Assembly (NCBI GenBank): GCA_973895155.1
Contig: OZ316896.1
Coordinates: forward strand, 16,790,754-16,854,753
Source of the DNA: Marsupella aquatica
Lineage: Eukaryota > Plantae > Marchantiophyta
Length of the DNA stretch: 64,000 bases
Direction: 5' to 3'
Part shown: positions 1 to 13,679 of the stretch, in pieces
How the letters are laid out: the number at the start of each line of letters is the position of its first letter
How positions within the stretch are numbered: position 1 is the first letter of the stretch
Notes under the pieces: generated by a model
What the model was told of the DNA's origin: nothing
Database searches by the model: none
Seen by the model: only the letters and a program-made list of their open reading frames with translations
Translations under genes and position numbers: made by a program

Positions 1-1435
1 GTAGCCAGAGGTCTTGAGCAACGACATGGCATTGATTTTGAAGACACGTTTGCTCCTGTCATCAAATGGTCTACTCTGCGGTTTATCATTGCTCTTGCAG
101 CAGCATCGGGATGGCGGTTGAGTCATATGGATGTCATTACAACTTTTCTAAATGGAAAATTGAAGGAATTGATCTATATGATGCAGCCACCTGGCTTTGA
201 AGTCCCAGGCCAAGAGAATCTTGTCTGTCGCTTGAAGCGTAGCATCTATGGGCTGAAGCAGTCTCCTCGAGCCTGGTATGAGGAAATCAATGCTTTTCTG
301 ATCAGTACAGGGTGGACCAGAAGTGCAGCCGACTACAATCTTTACTTTCTGAATGACAACGGGAAATTTGACAATGTTCTTCTTCTTCTCTTTGTTGATG
401 ATCTCTTACTCACCGGCAACGATGAATCCAAGATTGCAGCAGTCAAGGTACAATTACGTGAGAAATATCAGATGAAGGATCTTGGGTATGCGCAAAAATA
501 CCTGGGTATCGAATTTGTGGAGACATCATCTGGTATGTTCATCCACCAAAAGACCTACTGTGAACAACTCATGGAGGACTATGATATGATAAATTGTCGC
601 TCTGCTGCAGTCCCACTACCTGAAGGAATTCAGCTATTATCTGAGACAGCTACACTTACTACTGCCAACTTGTCGGGAAGCTTATTTATCTTACGAATAC
701 TCGCCCCGACCTTGCATATGCTGTTGGAATTCTAAGCAGGTTTATGAGCCGTCCTCAGCAGAAGCACCTTGATGCAGCAGTACATGTCTTGAGATACATT
801 AAACCGACAACTGACTATGGATGTTCTATCCCCGCTCCTCGTCTCTTTCCTTAGAAGGCTTCACCGATTCTGATCATGGAGCATGTAAAGAAACAAGGAG
901 GTCTATTGGTGCATATCTCTTCAAGTTTGCGGGAGGCACTATTACCTGGTCAAGTAAGCGACAACCTACCGTGTCTCAAAGTTCAACCGAAGCAGAATAT
1001 AGAGCACTATCTGAAGGTGCCAGGGAGGCAGTATTCTTACGACAGCTCATTCGTGAGCTGCGGTTTATTCCTCAGGTACAGGCAATCCTCAGTTGCAGCG
1101 ATTCTGAGGTATTGTCAAATCTGTCACAAGCTGGTACACCCACTTCATTGGATTCCCATCTCAATCTGTTTTGTGACAACCAGGGCTCCATCAACCTTGC
1201 CAAAAATCCAATTTTCCATGCACGTACAAAGCACATTGAAGTGCAACATCACTTCATTAGGGAACGTGTTCTCGAAGGAGAGCTAAAATTACGTCACATT
1301 CCTACTTCTGACCAGCCGGCAGATATGCTGACCAAACCCTTGGGCAGAATCAAATTCCATCAACATCGATCCTTTATTGGATTAAAGTCTTTGCACGATG
1401 TTATACGAGACTGCCAAATCACTCAGGTCAAATGA
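1..1435 (+). mobile_element. Ty1/copia LTR retrotransposon pol 3' part (RT + RNase H), frameshifted and truncated by the window edge
   Basis: Frame from base 1 reads VARGLEQRHGIDFEDTFAPV...HMDVITTFLNG...LKRSIYGLKQSPRAWY...LFVDD (copia RVT_2). It shifts frame near 655 into YCQLVGKLIYLTNTRPDLAYAV and again near 820 into RNase H (FTDSD, SSTEAEYRA, CDNQGSI, RTKHIEVQHHFIRE, QPADMLTKPL). Confidence 0.96.
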
Positions 1436-1587
1436 GTCCTCGCTGTGTCTCTCGACTTCAATCAATCTGAATTCTACTCTGATTGGATTCTACTGCACTC
1501 CGTTCCGACTGCAGGATACGAGGGGGCATCATTGAAGGCCCTGTTTGCTATCGAACTGCTTGTGCTGCAATTGCAATGTTCGGACGC

Positions 1588-1852
1588 GAGGGGGTGTTAA
1601 CGTTACGTCCGAACTCTATTTCTGTGTTCTCCTCATTACTCTGATAGTACACTTCTGTTAATACATTCTTACCTAACCTCACTTAGTGATTTAATTACAT
1701 TCGTTAGATCTAGGGCTAACTAGTCCTACGGCCAGATTTGGCCCACAGTTTAGTTAGCGCTGTGCCATCCCTTTCCACTGTATATAGTTGTCCCCTGCCG
1801 GGATCTCCGTGTTCAATTCATTATTTTCAATCAGTGAAGCTAATTTCTTTCA
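1588..1852 (+). mobile_element. Polypurine tract and 3' LTR of the copia element
   Basis: GAGGGGG (1588-1594) is followed directly by TGTTAAC at 1595. TATATA lies at 1781. The candidate end is ...TTTCTTTCA at 1852; it is uncertain because the 5' LTR is outside the window. Confidence 0.72.
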
Positions 1853-3656
1853 GATAGACCAGGAACAAACAGAGCACACCCAGATTGTGAAGATCGCAGA
1901 ACCCCTCGAGAGACCGTCGGAGAACTCTATCGGCATTCGCCAGTGACGCGAATTTGCAAGGAGGCAATAGACTAAGTACACATTCCGCTAGCCATATCCA
2001 TGACTATTGAGAATGCAGCACAAACTGTGGTTTGTAGAATATGCACAAAAGCCTTGTGATCAGGAATGTCGTTGTTACTCGCAGGGGAAGACAAGTGTCT
2101 GAGTTGTTGGAAATACTGTAGAACAAACAATTGACGTTACACTACCGGATAGGACAAGGGGTGAAATGACTAAATTTGCTTTTAGGTGGATGGTCCTAGT
2201 GAGTCTCACTGGAGATCCAGCTGGAAGCTCGCTGTCCACGGCTACAACAAAACCAATTTGCATCTAGCTTTATCGGGCAGAGCAAGTCTATGCATTCGAG
2301 CACAAACCCAATCATAAGTGAAATCCGATTCATCGTTCTCTGTGCTGTCAAGAATAGATTCCCCGACTCAGCCTGGAAATTTCATGACTCGTCCACGTGG
2401 TCCAGTCATTGGAGTTATTATGCCCTTAACTTTTAGGAAAATTATACCGGTCGGCTTTTAACAGGTGACCAGTCGAGCACACTTCCGCTGAGTCTTCCCA
2501 ATCTCCAATCCACTGCCAAAAGTTTGAAGAGCAATTTACTACGAGCAGTAGGACCAGCCCGGCCTAACGCAGTCAGCAATGAGTACACTACACACATCCA
2601 TGTCATGAATCCCGCATTTAATGAGTGGGCAGTGCATGTTGAAAGTGAATGAACTCGTGTTTTCAATCATATGGATTTTTTGGTTTTACATGGAATGTTA
2701 CACTTTATACAGCCATTTCAGTAGAAAAAGCATGCATGACTGTTCAAAGTTAATGAGGGATCTTTAGCCCATAGAGTTTCTAATTAAAGAAATTTGTAAG
2801 TTTCTTCCAGATTGAGTTCCAAGATCAGTAATAAGTTGCATGAAACCGAGGTTAATTAGAGTCTAGGATGTAAAAGTGGTCGAGGAATCTTCCAAAGCGT
2901 TGACATGGGGAGCTTAGAGTCACAGATGGCAGCTATAGAGCTTGCAACGTAGTTACGCCATGAAAGTTTGTGGCTCCCACCATGGGTGCCGCGGAATTTG
3001 CCCAATTGCCCAATTGCAATTCATCCATCGACCGAAAACTCTATTTAATCAAACCTCAGTCGGTCTAGCCCATCACTATCGCAGCCCGTACGATCATCGC
3101 AAACTCTTCTTGACATCTTTCGAAGCAGTGAGAGAATTGCGGCCGTTTCTATACACTGTGTTTGCAGCCATAGTATCATCAGGTCAGTTGCCATCATCCT
3201 CGACCTCCCGCTTGGATGTGTTATAATTTCAAACTCTAGATTCACAATAGTTGACTGTTCGGCTCGACGGTAGTTTTCCTCTATAGATGGAAGTGAGTAG
3301 TGATATTTGATCTGAAATTGCTCCTCGACTGCCTACTGAACATTGTTGCACGACATGCAGAAACGCCTTTCCTAGAGATATATGATCTGTGTCTTTCTGT
3401 TCGGTCGAGCTCGGAGTTAAGATCTTTGTTAAAGAGTCTTTTAGTTTCATTGGAATATCTTGATTGGTATTCGCTGATTCAATTTGTCCATGCATGTTGT
3501 GTTACTGTCAGTATTCTAGTCAGAAGAGTAACCAGCAGTGCCTCTCTAATTCAACAAGATCATCGAAGGGCGGACTCATGACTCTACTTTTGCATGCAGC
3601 TGACAGGGAGACGAGGTTTTCAAATCCAACTAACTTGGGGATCATAAGTAGCCATC

Positions 3657-5126
3657 ATGGCCCATCAGGGACAGAAAATCAAGGAGAAAGTCAAACACCT
3701 TTTCCACCATGATAACGAGGCTGCGACCACGCCAGATGCGTCACCAGGGTATGCTGAGGAGACCACTGTCCAAACACCTACAACTACAACAAACAACGTT
3801 CCCGAGGCCTTCTATCCTGGAGCAAGGCCGGTGCTTCAAGAGGAGACACACTCTACTGTCCCTTACACCAGCGCACTTGGGGTGAGGAACTAACTGCATG
3901 ATTGTTTAGAAGATTATAGCCAACAGTCCGATTGGTATGATGCTGGCCACAGGTTGATGTGCCTTGTAGTCATTACTTGAGAGCAGATTTTGACAGCTTC
4001 TCCGACGTTCTATCTCAAATCAACAGGATTAAGGGGAAATTCAGTTTCAGATCTTAAACAAGAAAGAAATGCCAAGCAAGGATGTCTTGCTTCATTAGGG
4101 CGATCTCAACTTAGATCTTTCAATATCCGAACCAGATTTAAACGCAACACCCTAGCTCACATTTGGAATGTCTTGCTGCCTAGAACTCCAAACTTGTTGA
4201 AGTAGCTAAATTCGGTCGATCAAGCTGACGTGGGTTAGTTCTTGGTGGGATTTAAATTGTGGCAGCATCATCAAATACCGCCGCAGCCAACATCAGTGCC
4301 GGCTGATTCTACAGCAATGTTGGGCGCACCGCCCTCAGGAGGGAAGCCCACGGATGCTTCTGTTTCCGACGACACAGGTATTTCTAAACATTCTTAACTT
4401 CTTAACACGTTGTCCTGCCAAGTCATCGGGGAGATAAGCATTCACCCGATGGACACCTTAGCGTTTTCAGAAATTGGAGCTTTTCATTACAATTTCCTCT
4501 CATGCCATGGGACTTCGCGAACTGGCCAGCCTCAACTTCATACAGTGCAACTAACGGGCCAAACGAATCTGTACTTACGTTTGAGAAAACGTTTACCTTT
4601 CCTGCTAGCGAGGCTACTATTTGCGAGATTCGACTTTGTTGAGGACATTGAGCTTTCATTTCAATTTTCTCTGATGCCATGGGACTTCACTAACATGCTA
4701 GCCTCAACTTCATACAGTACAACTGACGGGCCAAACGAATCAGTCCTTACTTCTGAGAAAACGTTGGCCTGGCTACTGTTCCCGAAGCCCGACTTTCTTC
4801 ATACATTGTTTGAGTCGTTTAACAATGTCCTTACTTTCTCTTGTTTGATAACCTCTCATGTTTATGTGGTAGTGTTTCGCATTCCGACAGCCTAAAAAAT
4901 CGTTCATTCTCTAGAAATTCTTAGAAATAAATTCCCTCAATGTGAACTCTTGGGTGCCATTGCAGGGTCGAATCCGAGCGGTGAAGCTCAAGCGAAGGAG
5001 GTCTCTGGTGTGAAAATAGAAGACTTCCCGGATAAAGAATCTAAGGGGCAAACGGAAGATTACCCACTTACAGGCTCTGTGGTGGAAAGTAAAGACATCA
5101 ACCCAGACACAGTCGACAAACTCTGA
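3657..5126 (+). CDS. Small hydrophilic, low-complexity protein, possibly LEA/dehydrin/LTI-like (3 exons, ~165 aa)
   Basis: Exons 3657-3881, 4266-4377 and 4966-5126 have GT-AG sites and consistent phases. The N-terminus MAHQGQKIKEKVKHLFHHD resembles a K-segment core (KIKEK). The protein is rich in T/P/E/S. Confidence 0.55.
4480..4812. repeat. Diverged ~173-bp tandem duplication in an intron
   Basis: ATGCCATGGGACTTC...AGCCTCAACTTCATACAGT...CGGGCCAAACGAATC...TGAGAAAACGTT occurs at ~4502 and ~4674. Confidence 0.85.
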
Positions 5127-6432
5127 AGGGGAAAATGCTTAATAAAAAACCAATTGCACAGCAGAACCATTGAAGCCTGCCAACACTGGATGTGGATGGC
5201 AACGGTGGCCCAACTGATTGCCCTAGGGAAGCGAAATTGGACGGAGAAGGTTCTGTGTCAACCACTGGGGAGCAATTGGTGGACCTTCTCAACACAGCGA
5301 CTGACACAAAAACGAGTCCAGAAACTCTAGAAAATGAGTGAGACCAAAGAATACCTCAAGGCAGACTGTAGACCTGTTAAACCCCTTGTTGATAGTCCTA
5401 TGTCCCAGTGAAGAACATATCACCTACTTGTGTATGTATAATACGCATCACTCGGAAATATAGGATTTAGAGCGATAAAGTATCGATAAGAGTTTGATAG
5501 GGTCCATATGTTGTATACGACTGTAGAGTTGATAACGTCAGGATGTTGTGTACTATTGTAGATGACTGTTTGAGGCAGTGAGGGAAGGTAAAAAATGGAT
5601 GGGTATGTTGGAAGATACTTGGATGGATAATCTCAAAGTTGTCAAATTGAGCTTCATTCACTTCTGCTTCGCTTTCTGGGAATTATTAATGCCATCCAGT
5701 AGTGGGACGAAATACTTGAGCACGGTGAAAGTTGGTTTCAATATCTGCTACTCTGTACATCACCAAATCTATACCGTTACGCAATCTATTTTCCGTGCTC
5801 TCAGTCAGATGTAGCTACCTCTCGTCCTTAATTCACAAATCGTTTTTTAAACTATATCTGCAATTTAAATCCTCTCAACAAAATTGACTTTTATTGTCAG
5901 TAGCAACAACTTATATTGCCGACTCATACCAACAAAACCTTCAACTCTTATGATTCAATCCGGGTAAATCTCAAAGTTACATCGCCACGTAACCCAAACA
6001 AATAAACACAAACTACTCCCGAGAACGTCCAGCGGACCAACAGGACAGAATAGGCAATTTACAACCCACGCGTATAATCAATCTTCCAATATTATAGCCA
6101 AATTTGATGATGTTCTCCCATCTCGTAGCCGTACACAAGGGAATCTTTCATCCCTGCATGTTTCACCTTTAAAAATCCCGCCGAGTAGCACCCCATCTCA
6201 CATTGACAACAAGATGCGATTTAAAATGTTGCTACTACGAATAATAACCTAAGTTCTCATCATTATCCTATATCATGACATTGTCAACTATATCCTTTGA
6301 GTGGATCTCATTGCCTCACAAAACCATCAAACCCTTCGAAACAAATTTGTATGTGTTTGTGCTGTATACGTAGGGTAGTGAATAGAATAAGAACGGGCCT
6401 CTCTTCACGTCAAAATCTTTGGCTCTAATACC

Positions 6433-8692
6433 TTACACTGATAAGCAAGGCGACCCGCTCGAAGCACGCACTGCTTCCATGAAAGCAAATATTCTGGACG
6501 GGTCCTTCCGAATCCCATCCGATCCGGCAATGCCACTGGCTACATCTACCGCATTAGGCCTTAAGGTGGATATGGCATTCGCAACATTTTCTGGATTGAG
6601 TCCGCCAGCCAAAAGCCAACCTTTCTTTGTGCACAGAGATGGCACCTTGAAGTTGTGCCATGCAAAGGTCGATCCACTGCCAAAACAAACTTGTGTCAGG
6701 TAATAAAAGTCTCCTGAACTCAATATAGATATATCAAAATCTGCTCTTGCATTTAAGAAAAGCCACGACTACCAGCTGGAATACGAGCAGGGGCATTTTC
6801 ACTGTTAAAAGAGTGGGTGACCGCCTTGTCGGAGGCAGACAACAGATGATTGTAAGAAACAACTTATACCCAGACTGCAAAAACGTATCCATCATGGAAA
6901 CACACTTTGACGGCAGGGTAATTCAAAGAATGCACCCTAAGGAATCGTCTAAAGACCTACATGAAGCCACTTGGATTTCTTCGGTGGGCTCACAGTCAAA
7001 GAAACGTCACAAGGAACACCAGAGAATAGACTCCTTTGGGGGTCAAAACAGATAAAGCACAGAACACTAACCCTGACCCCGGAAGAGCTGATTACTTAAT
7101 TTTAAATTCTCAACGGATGACAGGAGAAGGCGTCAAAGGGTTCAAAAACATCCGTGGATCGTTCCAAAGGATTCTTCGGAAAATATCGGGACTGAATCGA
7201 GCCATCAAAGTTATGAAAGAGGAGTGATTCCTCATCAAGGAGTGTTCATGTAATACAACCCTTAGGAAAGAAAACACTCGAACGCATTATGTCTAGGGAA
7301 AAGAGGCAGTCCAAATAGCAAGATGATACAGACCTTCCACCTTCTAGCCCATCAACCAACACCCAGTCGATAACTTTTTCTTGTTCGGGAGAAATCGTAG
7401 TTTGAAGGCACCCTTGAGCATCCGATTGCATGACATAGATGGTTTTCAGTGACCTGGACAGCTCTAACACTGAGGCACGTGCGCCATCGCCATGCAGCTG
7501 CATCACCAATGCCCGGTTAAGCTTCATCACTTACTAAGCTGCTCAAAACCGTAGCTGAATTCAGTAGATGAGAAATCTTCCCGGCAGTCACTAACCCCTC
7601 AGCTAAAACCTCTCTATACTAAATGAGTTATTGTTGTCCTCCATCGTGACTTAGAAAGCACCAGAAGAGCACACTCAAACCACGCAGTAAATATTTGGCC
7701 AACGGGTGTGAGTCACAGTGGTCATGAGAAATTGTAATACTTTCTATGCAAATCATCCCAACTCAGATTCTACAATACCCGAAATCAATTTGCCATATAC
7801 CCAGAGCTAGCATACGAAAAGTCGTTCTCACTTACATTTAGGATTTGCAATACTTCTAATCCAAACATCCCAACTCGGATTCTATACTCTTCGAGAACAA
7901 TTGGCAAACAACCAGAGCGGGTGTACAAAAGTCGGTTTGACTTCATTTGCATGGTTGATTGAGCATTGGAGAAATGCTGCTGTGAAAGAAAAATGAAGAA
8001 CCGACCTGTGCAAAAGAGAGGCCTGCAGCATCACACGCCCTTTCTATCTCAGTCGCGCTTTCCGAGACGAAGACTCCCACCGGCTCTGCTCCAAATTCTC
8101 GGGCAGCGGCGCAGATCTCCCTGGCCAAGGACATACTTCTCACCGACCTCTTGGAATGCGGCCACATTATCATTCCCACATACCACGCGCCCGCCTGCGC
8201 TGCCAGGGACGCATCCTCTGGAGTGGTGATCCCGCACATCTTGACCAACGGGCTGTAATGCTGCAAATGCTCTTCGTGCGGATTTGCTGCCACCAACGAA
8301 TCGCTGTCCCCCACGGACGACGACGCTGCTGCGGTTGCGGTCGCTGCAGGAGGGGCAGTAGTGCAGTAGATGCGGGAATTCACCACTGCGCTGGTGGCAG
8401 CAGGAGACTGCGTTAATCGAAGCTTGACACTGGGTACTAGCTGCTGTCGTCCAACACGCCGATAAGCAACAACGGCAGACCCACATCCCCGTCCTACTCC
8501 TCCGCCATCTCGAAGCAGCTCGCCTCTCTGGTGCATCTTCTTCAAATTCTGCGGCGGTGCTCTCTGAAAGAAGCCTTCAGATAAGAATCCTGCTGCTGCT
8601 CTGCTGCCGCTGGTCACACCAGCCATCGTCATCGTCGCAGCCATGGTGCCTGGGCTGCAGGGGTAGAACTGCTGAAGACCCACCGACGTCAT
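6433..8692 (-). CDS. PAI: Phosphoribosylanthranilate isomerase, chloroplastic (3 exons)
   Basis: Exons 8692-8006, 7497-7334 and 6676-6433 splice in phase. Motifs VKMCGIT, PVGVFV, AQLHG, VLVD..GGSG, WLLAGGLNPENV, VDVASG and KD match TrpF. There is a long Ser/Ala/Arg-rich transit peptide. The start could be 8692 or 8644. Confidence 0.95.
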
Positions 8693-9352
8693 TGTTGGCC
8701 ACTGGTCATTTCGGCTCCCGAGTCGAGTCGAATTGCGCAAGCTCCCACTGACCCCGACCAAACGTACAATTCTCGATCAGCAGAACGGCCAAACCACCGA
8801 AGAGAGGAATCCGCTTCGATATTATCGATGAAAAATTTATTTTATACTACAACAGCGGAGACGCACGGCATGGCATGACACGGCAAGGGAAGGGAATGGA
8901 AATAAGGATTTCTTCAATCACGGCGATGCCCGATAAGTCGGAATGGAAAGAAACAGACGAATTCCCAAATTCGCATCACGGAATCGGCAGTAGACCAAAC
9001 CCACCGATAGAGAATGCAGAATCACTGAACATGCAAGGGGAGAGGAGAGAGGGGAGGAGAGGGAGACAACAGTACTCTGAAGATTGAATTCCAGTCTAGC
9101 GAGAGCGGTGGATTGAGATACGTACATTACAAGAAAGCGATGAGAGAGCTTGAGAGAGCTTGAGAGAGATTTGAGAGCGGCGGACCTCTTCTTCGCAACC
9201 AATTCGAGCAAAGGCAGCAGAGTTGGACTGGATTGTTGGGTCCCTCACTGGAGCTCGTGGGGACGAATTGGGCGGCTTGGTCGGATTGGACCGGCACGAA
9301 TCCAACAACAATCATCATCAGGCTAATAAATAAGTCAGCTTTTTATTAATAT

Positions 9353-9712
9353 TAACCTGCCCCCCTAATTACCCAAATTCACTAGAGTAGTACCCAAAAC
9401 AAATTTATTTGTCAATCTGCCCCATATGGGTAACGTGTCCCCGTAATTACCCAAATTTATTTGTCAATCTGCCCCATATGGGTAACCTGTCCCCCCCTAA
9501 CTACCCAAATTCACTATCCTGTCCCCAAAACATATTTATTTGTCAATGTGCCCCATATGGGTAACCTGTCCCCCTAATTACCCAAATTCAGTATCCTGTC
9601 CCCAAAACATATGTTTATTTGTCAATCTGACCCATACGGGTAACCTATCCCCCTAATTACCCAAATTCACTATCCTGTCCCCAAAACATATATTTATTTG
9701 TCAAACTGCCCC
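9353..9712. repeat. ~79-bp tandem repeat array (about 5 units, one shortened)
   Basis: TAACCTGTCCCCCTAATTACCCAAATTCACT...TTTATTTGTCAATCTGCCCCATATGGG recurs at ~9353, 9431, 9483, 9562 and 9641. Confidence 0.9.
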
Positions 9713-9740
9713 TCCTTTTTTGTCAACAATGGGATATGGG

Positions 9741-10806
9741 TTAACAGTAACCCAAGACAGGGTTCCTGTTGCCATGTGGCAAGGCATGAATGGCCAAAGG
9801 TTAATCAGGCACTATCCGAGCTCCCCCTCCCCAGGCCCAGGACCAGCAAATGCATAAGTTTTTGCCCGAAAGTCACATCACAAAAACATGAATTTTTGCC
9901 TCTGTTTTTACTCACAGAAACTTTAAGGTCATGGGTTGGTTGATAATGGTGATTTCTTTTTTGCCTTGAAAAAACCACCATTCATTCAAAAAGCCAGCAT
10001 ACAAAAGGGGTGACCCACAAAAGGGGGTTGGCACCCTGGGGAACCAAAGGTCGAGCAGCTCATGAGACCGGAGAAATTGATAATGGTGTTTGCCTAGTGA
10101 TGTCTCTCCACGTGTTTGGTTTAATGTCTCATTAGGGCATGTCAAAGCAGGCCTGTAACTCACTTACAAATCAGGACATAAACTGTTTTTAAGGCCAAAA
10201 ACAAAATCACTACAGGAGACCAACCTACATACCCCATAAGCATTTTATGTCCAAACATCCACAGCCGTAAGACTCTGCTTACGGGAGAACTTTGACACTC
10301 CCTATTACACTTTATACAATTTGTGTGCACATTTGAACGCTACCAGCAGGAGGAGAATCCTAAAGGTCAATGTGGGCCAATCAGAATTCAACACAGGGTC
10401 TGAAAGTACGATCAAAGACATACGAGTTATGAGCTATACGGTCTCCCATGTGTCTCCCCGCATATGTGGGTCAACATAAGGTCGCCCTATACCTCATAAT
10501 GACAACCATACTACCCTAATCCTCTACAAAGTGAACCTGTGTTTTGTGCCTGCCCTTGTTTTGGTGACCAAACACTGCCCAAATGGCCCCAAATTGCAAG
10601 AATGTTTACACATTTGGAATGCATGGTCCGGCGCTATCTTCAGATTGGCTTTTGACCTTCATGCTGGCTTAGGGCCAGGCAACCTTCATGGCTGGGCGAC
10701 TTTTGAGCTGGGGAAGGGGAGGGGTGAGCGTGATCTTGCCTAGTTAACCTATGGCCACTTGTGCCTCACCACATGGCAGCGGGACCCTGTATTGGGTTAC
10801 TGCTAA
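9741..10806. mobile_element. Non-autonomous DNA transposon (~1.06 kb) with long imperfect TIRs
   Basis: 9741 TTAACAGTAACCCAAGACAGGGTTCCTGTTGCCATGTGG...GGTTAATCAGGCA matches the reverse complement of 10737-10806 (TTAGCAGTAACCCAATACAGGGTCCCGCTGCCATGTGG...GGTTAACTAGGCA). Confidence 0.8.
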
Positions 10807-13088
10807 TCCTTCAAGGAGTTTTTGCTATAGGGAGAGTAACTGTTGGGAGCGGGAAAGGTGCATAGTGGCACCTTTGTGCCCATATGGTTAGGAAAAAATG
10901 TCACCATAATCCAATAGCCAGGAGACTTCCCACCGGGTTCCCACCAAACTGATATTTTCTGAACGAAAGGTAAGAAAGAAAGCAAGAGATTACATATTAT
11001 ATACCTTCAGGCACAATCTGGAAAGGAGGAGACCCAATGAAGGGGAGAAAACAAGTGAAATTTTCCAAAACACAACAAAGCCAGACTCTCCACACTGCAA
11101 AGGAAGTAAAGCCCTACCAGTAGTACATGAAAAGTTTGGTGTGGGCAGTTTGTAAACCACACAAACCTCATAGAAAAGGTCACACATGGAAATTTTTCTA
11201 ATTTGTCTGGAGGCCCTAAAATCAACAGCCTCAGCCCTAGGAAGAATAGTGAATGCCTGACTAGTAATAATATTGTGAATCCTATCTTTCTACAATCGTA
11301 GGCAAACTTTACTTTGAGTATTACAAAGCATCATGGGGAAAACATGAGCGCACCATGCTCTCTCCAAGCTCTCTTGAATTAACTTCATGGGTTATTGTAT
11401 AGGTTGACCGTAAGTATGTAGATGAGTAGATAGATCAGTGGTAGCAAGTACCTTAAGGTCAATACCAAATATCTCCTTGCACCAACCACAGGGTGCCACA
11501 TAGACAAACTATCCTTCATAATTGGCTGCTCACGGTCTTAGGACATTTGTTTGTCATGGTCATTTCACAAATTGATAGTTTTTGGAAGAAAAAGAATATT
11601 TGTATGTGCCTTTCAGTAAGGTTATGGATCAGTGGTGTCAATTGGCTTAAGGCCAATGGTTGACCGCATGTCTCTAAGGACCCGGGCTAAGGACCAACCA
11701 CAGGGTTGAATATAAATGATCCCTCATGGCTCAGAGAAAATGGTCTTTTGAAGCTAGTGTGGGCCTTAACATTTCACAAATTTATTGTTTCTGGGAGAAA
11801 ATTAACCATGTTAGTCCCAACAACAGCTGGTGAAAACTGGCTCCTTGCTTGTTACTTCATGAAGCAGAATAAAAAATAACATTTTCACTAACCAATCAGG
11901 GCAATGAAAATAAAATAGACCAATTAAGATGCATGAAAAATAATAATTAAGCAATTAAATGATTGAAGAATTAAGATGAAAAGGTGGGGAAGTAGGGCCA
12001 ACTTATTAAGTGATTTATATGGTCCCCCCTTATTTTTCTCTAAGCCTAACCTTTTGATCCTTAATATCCCCTTCCACTGACCAATTTTGCACTATCTGAG
12101 GTCTATTTTTGAGAAAATAACCAAGGCTGCTGTCTTTGGAGGATTAAATAGATGGATTTTGTGTGTCCTCTAGCCAGCCCGTGAAAATATATGGCACGGC
12201 AATTACAAGTATGAAGGAAATCTAAGGAAATATATCCAAAGTTAGAAAAAAAAATGCTAGTTCTGTCTAGAAACCTCACAACCCAAAACTGTTGTTGGTA
12301 CCACAAATGTCTGCATGTCCATCACTTTACTTCTCCGGGAACATAACACATGTGACCTTGAGCTGAGCCAAATGGACACCCTAATCTCAAATCCCATATA
12401 TTTGAGACCCTAGTGTATTTGTTAGGTTATGTCTCTAATATAACTTATATAATTTCATAATATTAGCTAGACTTCAATAGACTAAGATAATATTAACTTG
12501 GGACCAAATGGACACCCTACTCTCAAATCCCAGATATTTGAGAGCCCTCGGTGCCAAATGGACACCCCAGTGTCACTGCCACGGCATCACGCTTTCCACC
12601 ATGCAAGTTGTCTTGTTTCTTCCGTCCATGGGAATCTAACTGCAATACTGTACTATCGTAGGAAACTCTAACCAAAAACCTGCCATACAACAGAGCCTTC
12701 TAACTGAAATACTGTACTACCATAGCCAAGATTTGCTACTGTAGTAAGCCCTGACACAATATTGTACTACCGTGACTCTAAGTAAAAACCTTTCCTTTCG
12801 AAGTTATGGCGCCACAAACAATTTCTCAATTTCTCAAGGAGTTCATTTGTTTACCCTCAAAACAAACGCAACACTCATTTAGGGGTGCTGAGATTATTAC
12901 AATACTAGCCTCTATTATCCGTTCTTTGAACCTAAATAGCAGAGAATACAATAAAAAATTATCAAAATATATTTTTTATCCATATTCTTTGATAGTTAAT
13001 GAAATGATAAAAAAAATTCATCATTTTAATAATCATATATAATATACCCTTCTTTTTTATGTGCACATGAGTATTTTTTTAATGCACA

Positions 13089-13553
13089 TATGTTATGGTG
13101 AGGCCATAGTGCATATAGAAATTATCAAGGAAAACTGGTATGTACATACATCATGTCATGAGTTTCTTCCATGCACATGATGATCATAGAGTTAGTGTCT
13201 AGAGACTTCATTCTAGATCTAAGCTCTTAAAAGTAGACTTGAGTTGGCACTTTAATAATAAGATACGTTATGGTGAGGGGATAATGCATATAGAAATTAT
13301 CAAGGAAAACTGGTATGCACATACATCATGTGATGAGTTTCTCCCATGTACATGATGACCATACTTTAATAGTAAGATATGTTATGGTGAGACCATAGTG
13401 CATATAGAAATTATCAAAAAAAACTGGTATGTACATACATCATGTCATGAGTTTCTCTCATGCACATGATGGTCATAGAGTTGCCATCTAGAGACTTCAC
13501 TCTAGGTCTAGGCTCTTAAAAGTAGACTTGAGTTGGCACTTTAATAATAAGAT
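13089..13553. repeat. Three-unit tandem repeat (175/114/175 bp)
   Basis: TATGTTATGGTGAG...GCATATAGAAATTATCAA...AAACTGGTATG occurs at 13089, 13264 and 13378. Confidence 0.92.
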
Positions 13554-13679
13554 TACTAATTTACGCCTAGGAAAATACTTTCCCTATTTCCAAATCAATT
13601 TATTTGTTAGCATCTGTGTTATCAAAATTGACCTCACTCTGTTTCATAAACGAAGAAACCAGAGTGAGTCTTTCGAGAA

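Noticed and set aside
4410-4895. 161-aa ORF
   Set aside because: It has a non-ATG start, lies within a predicted intron and spans a tandem duplication.
9353-9712. Tandem arrays (also at 13089 and 31056) as CRISPR-like arrays
   Set aside because: Whole units are repeated without unique spacers, the context is eukaryotic, and there are no cas genes.
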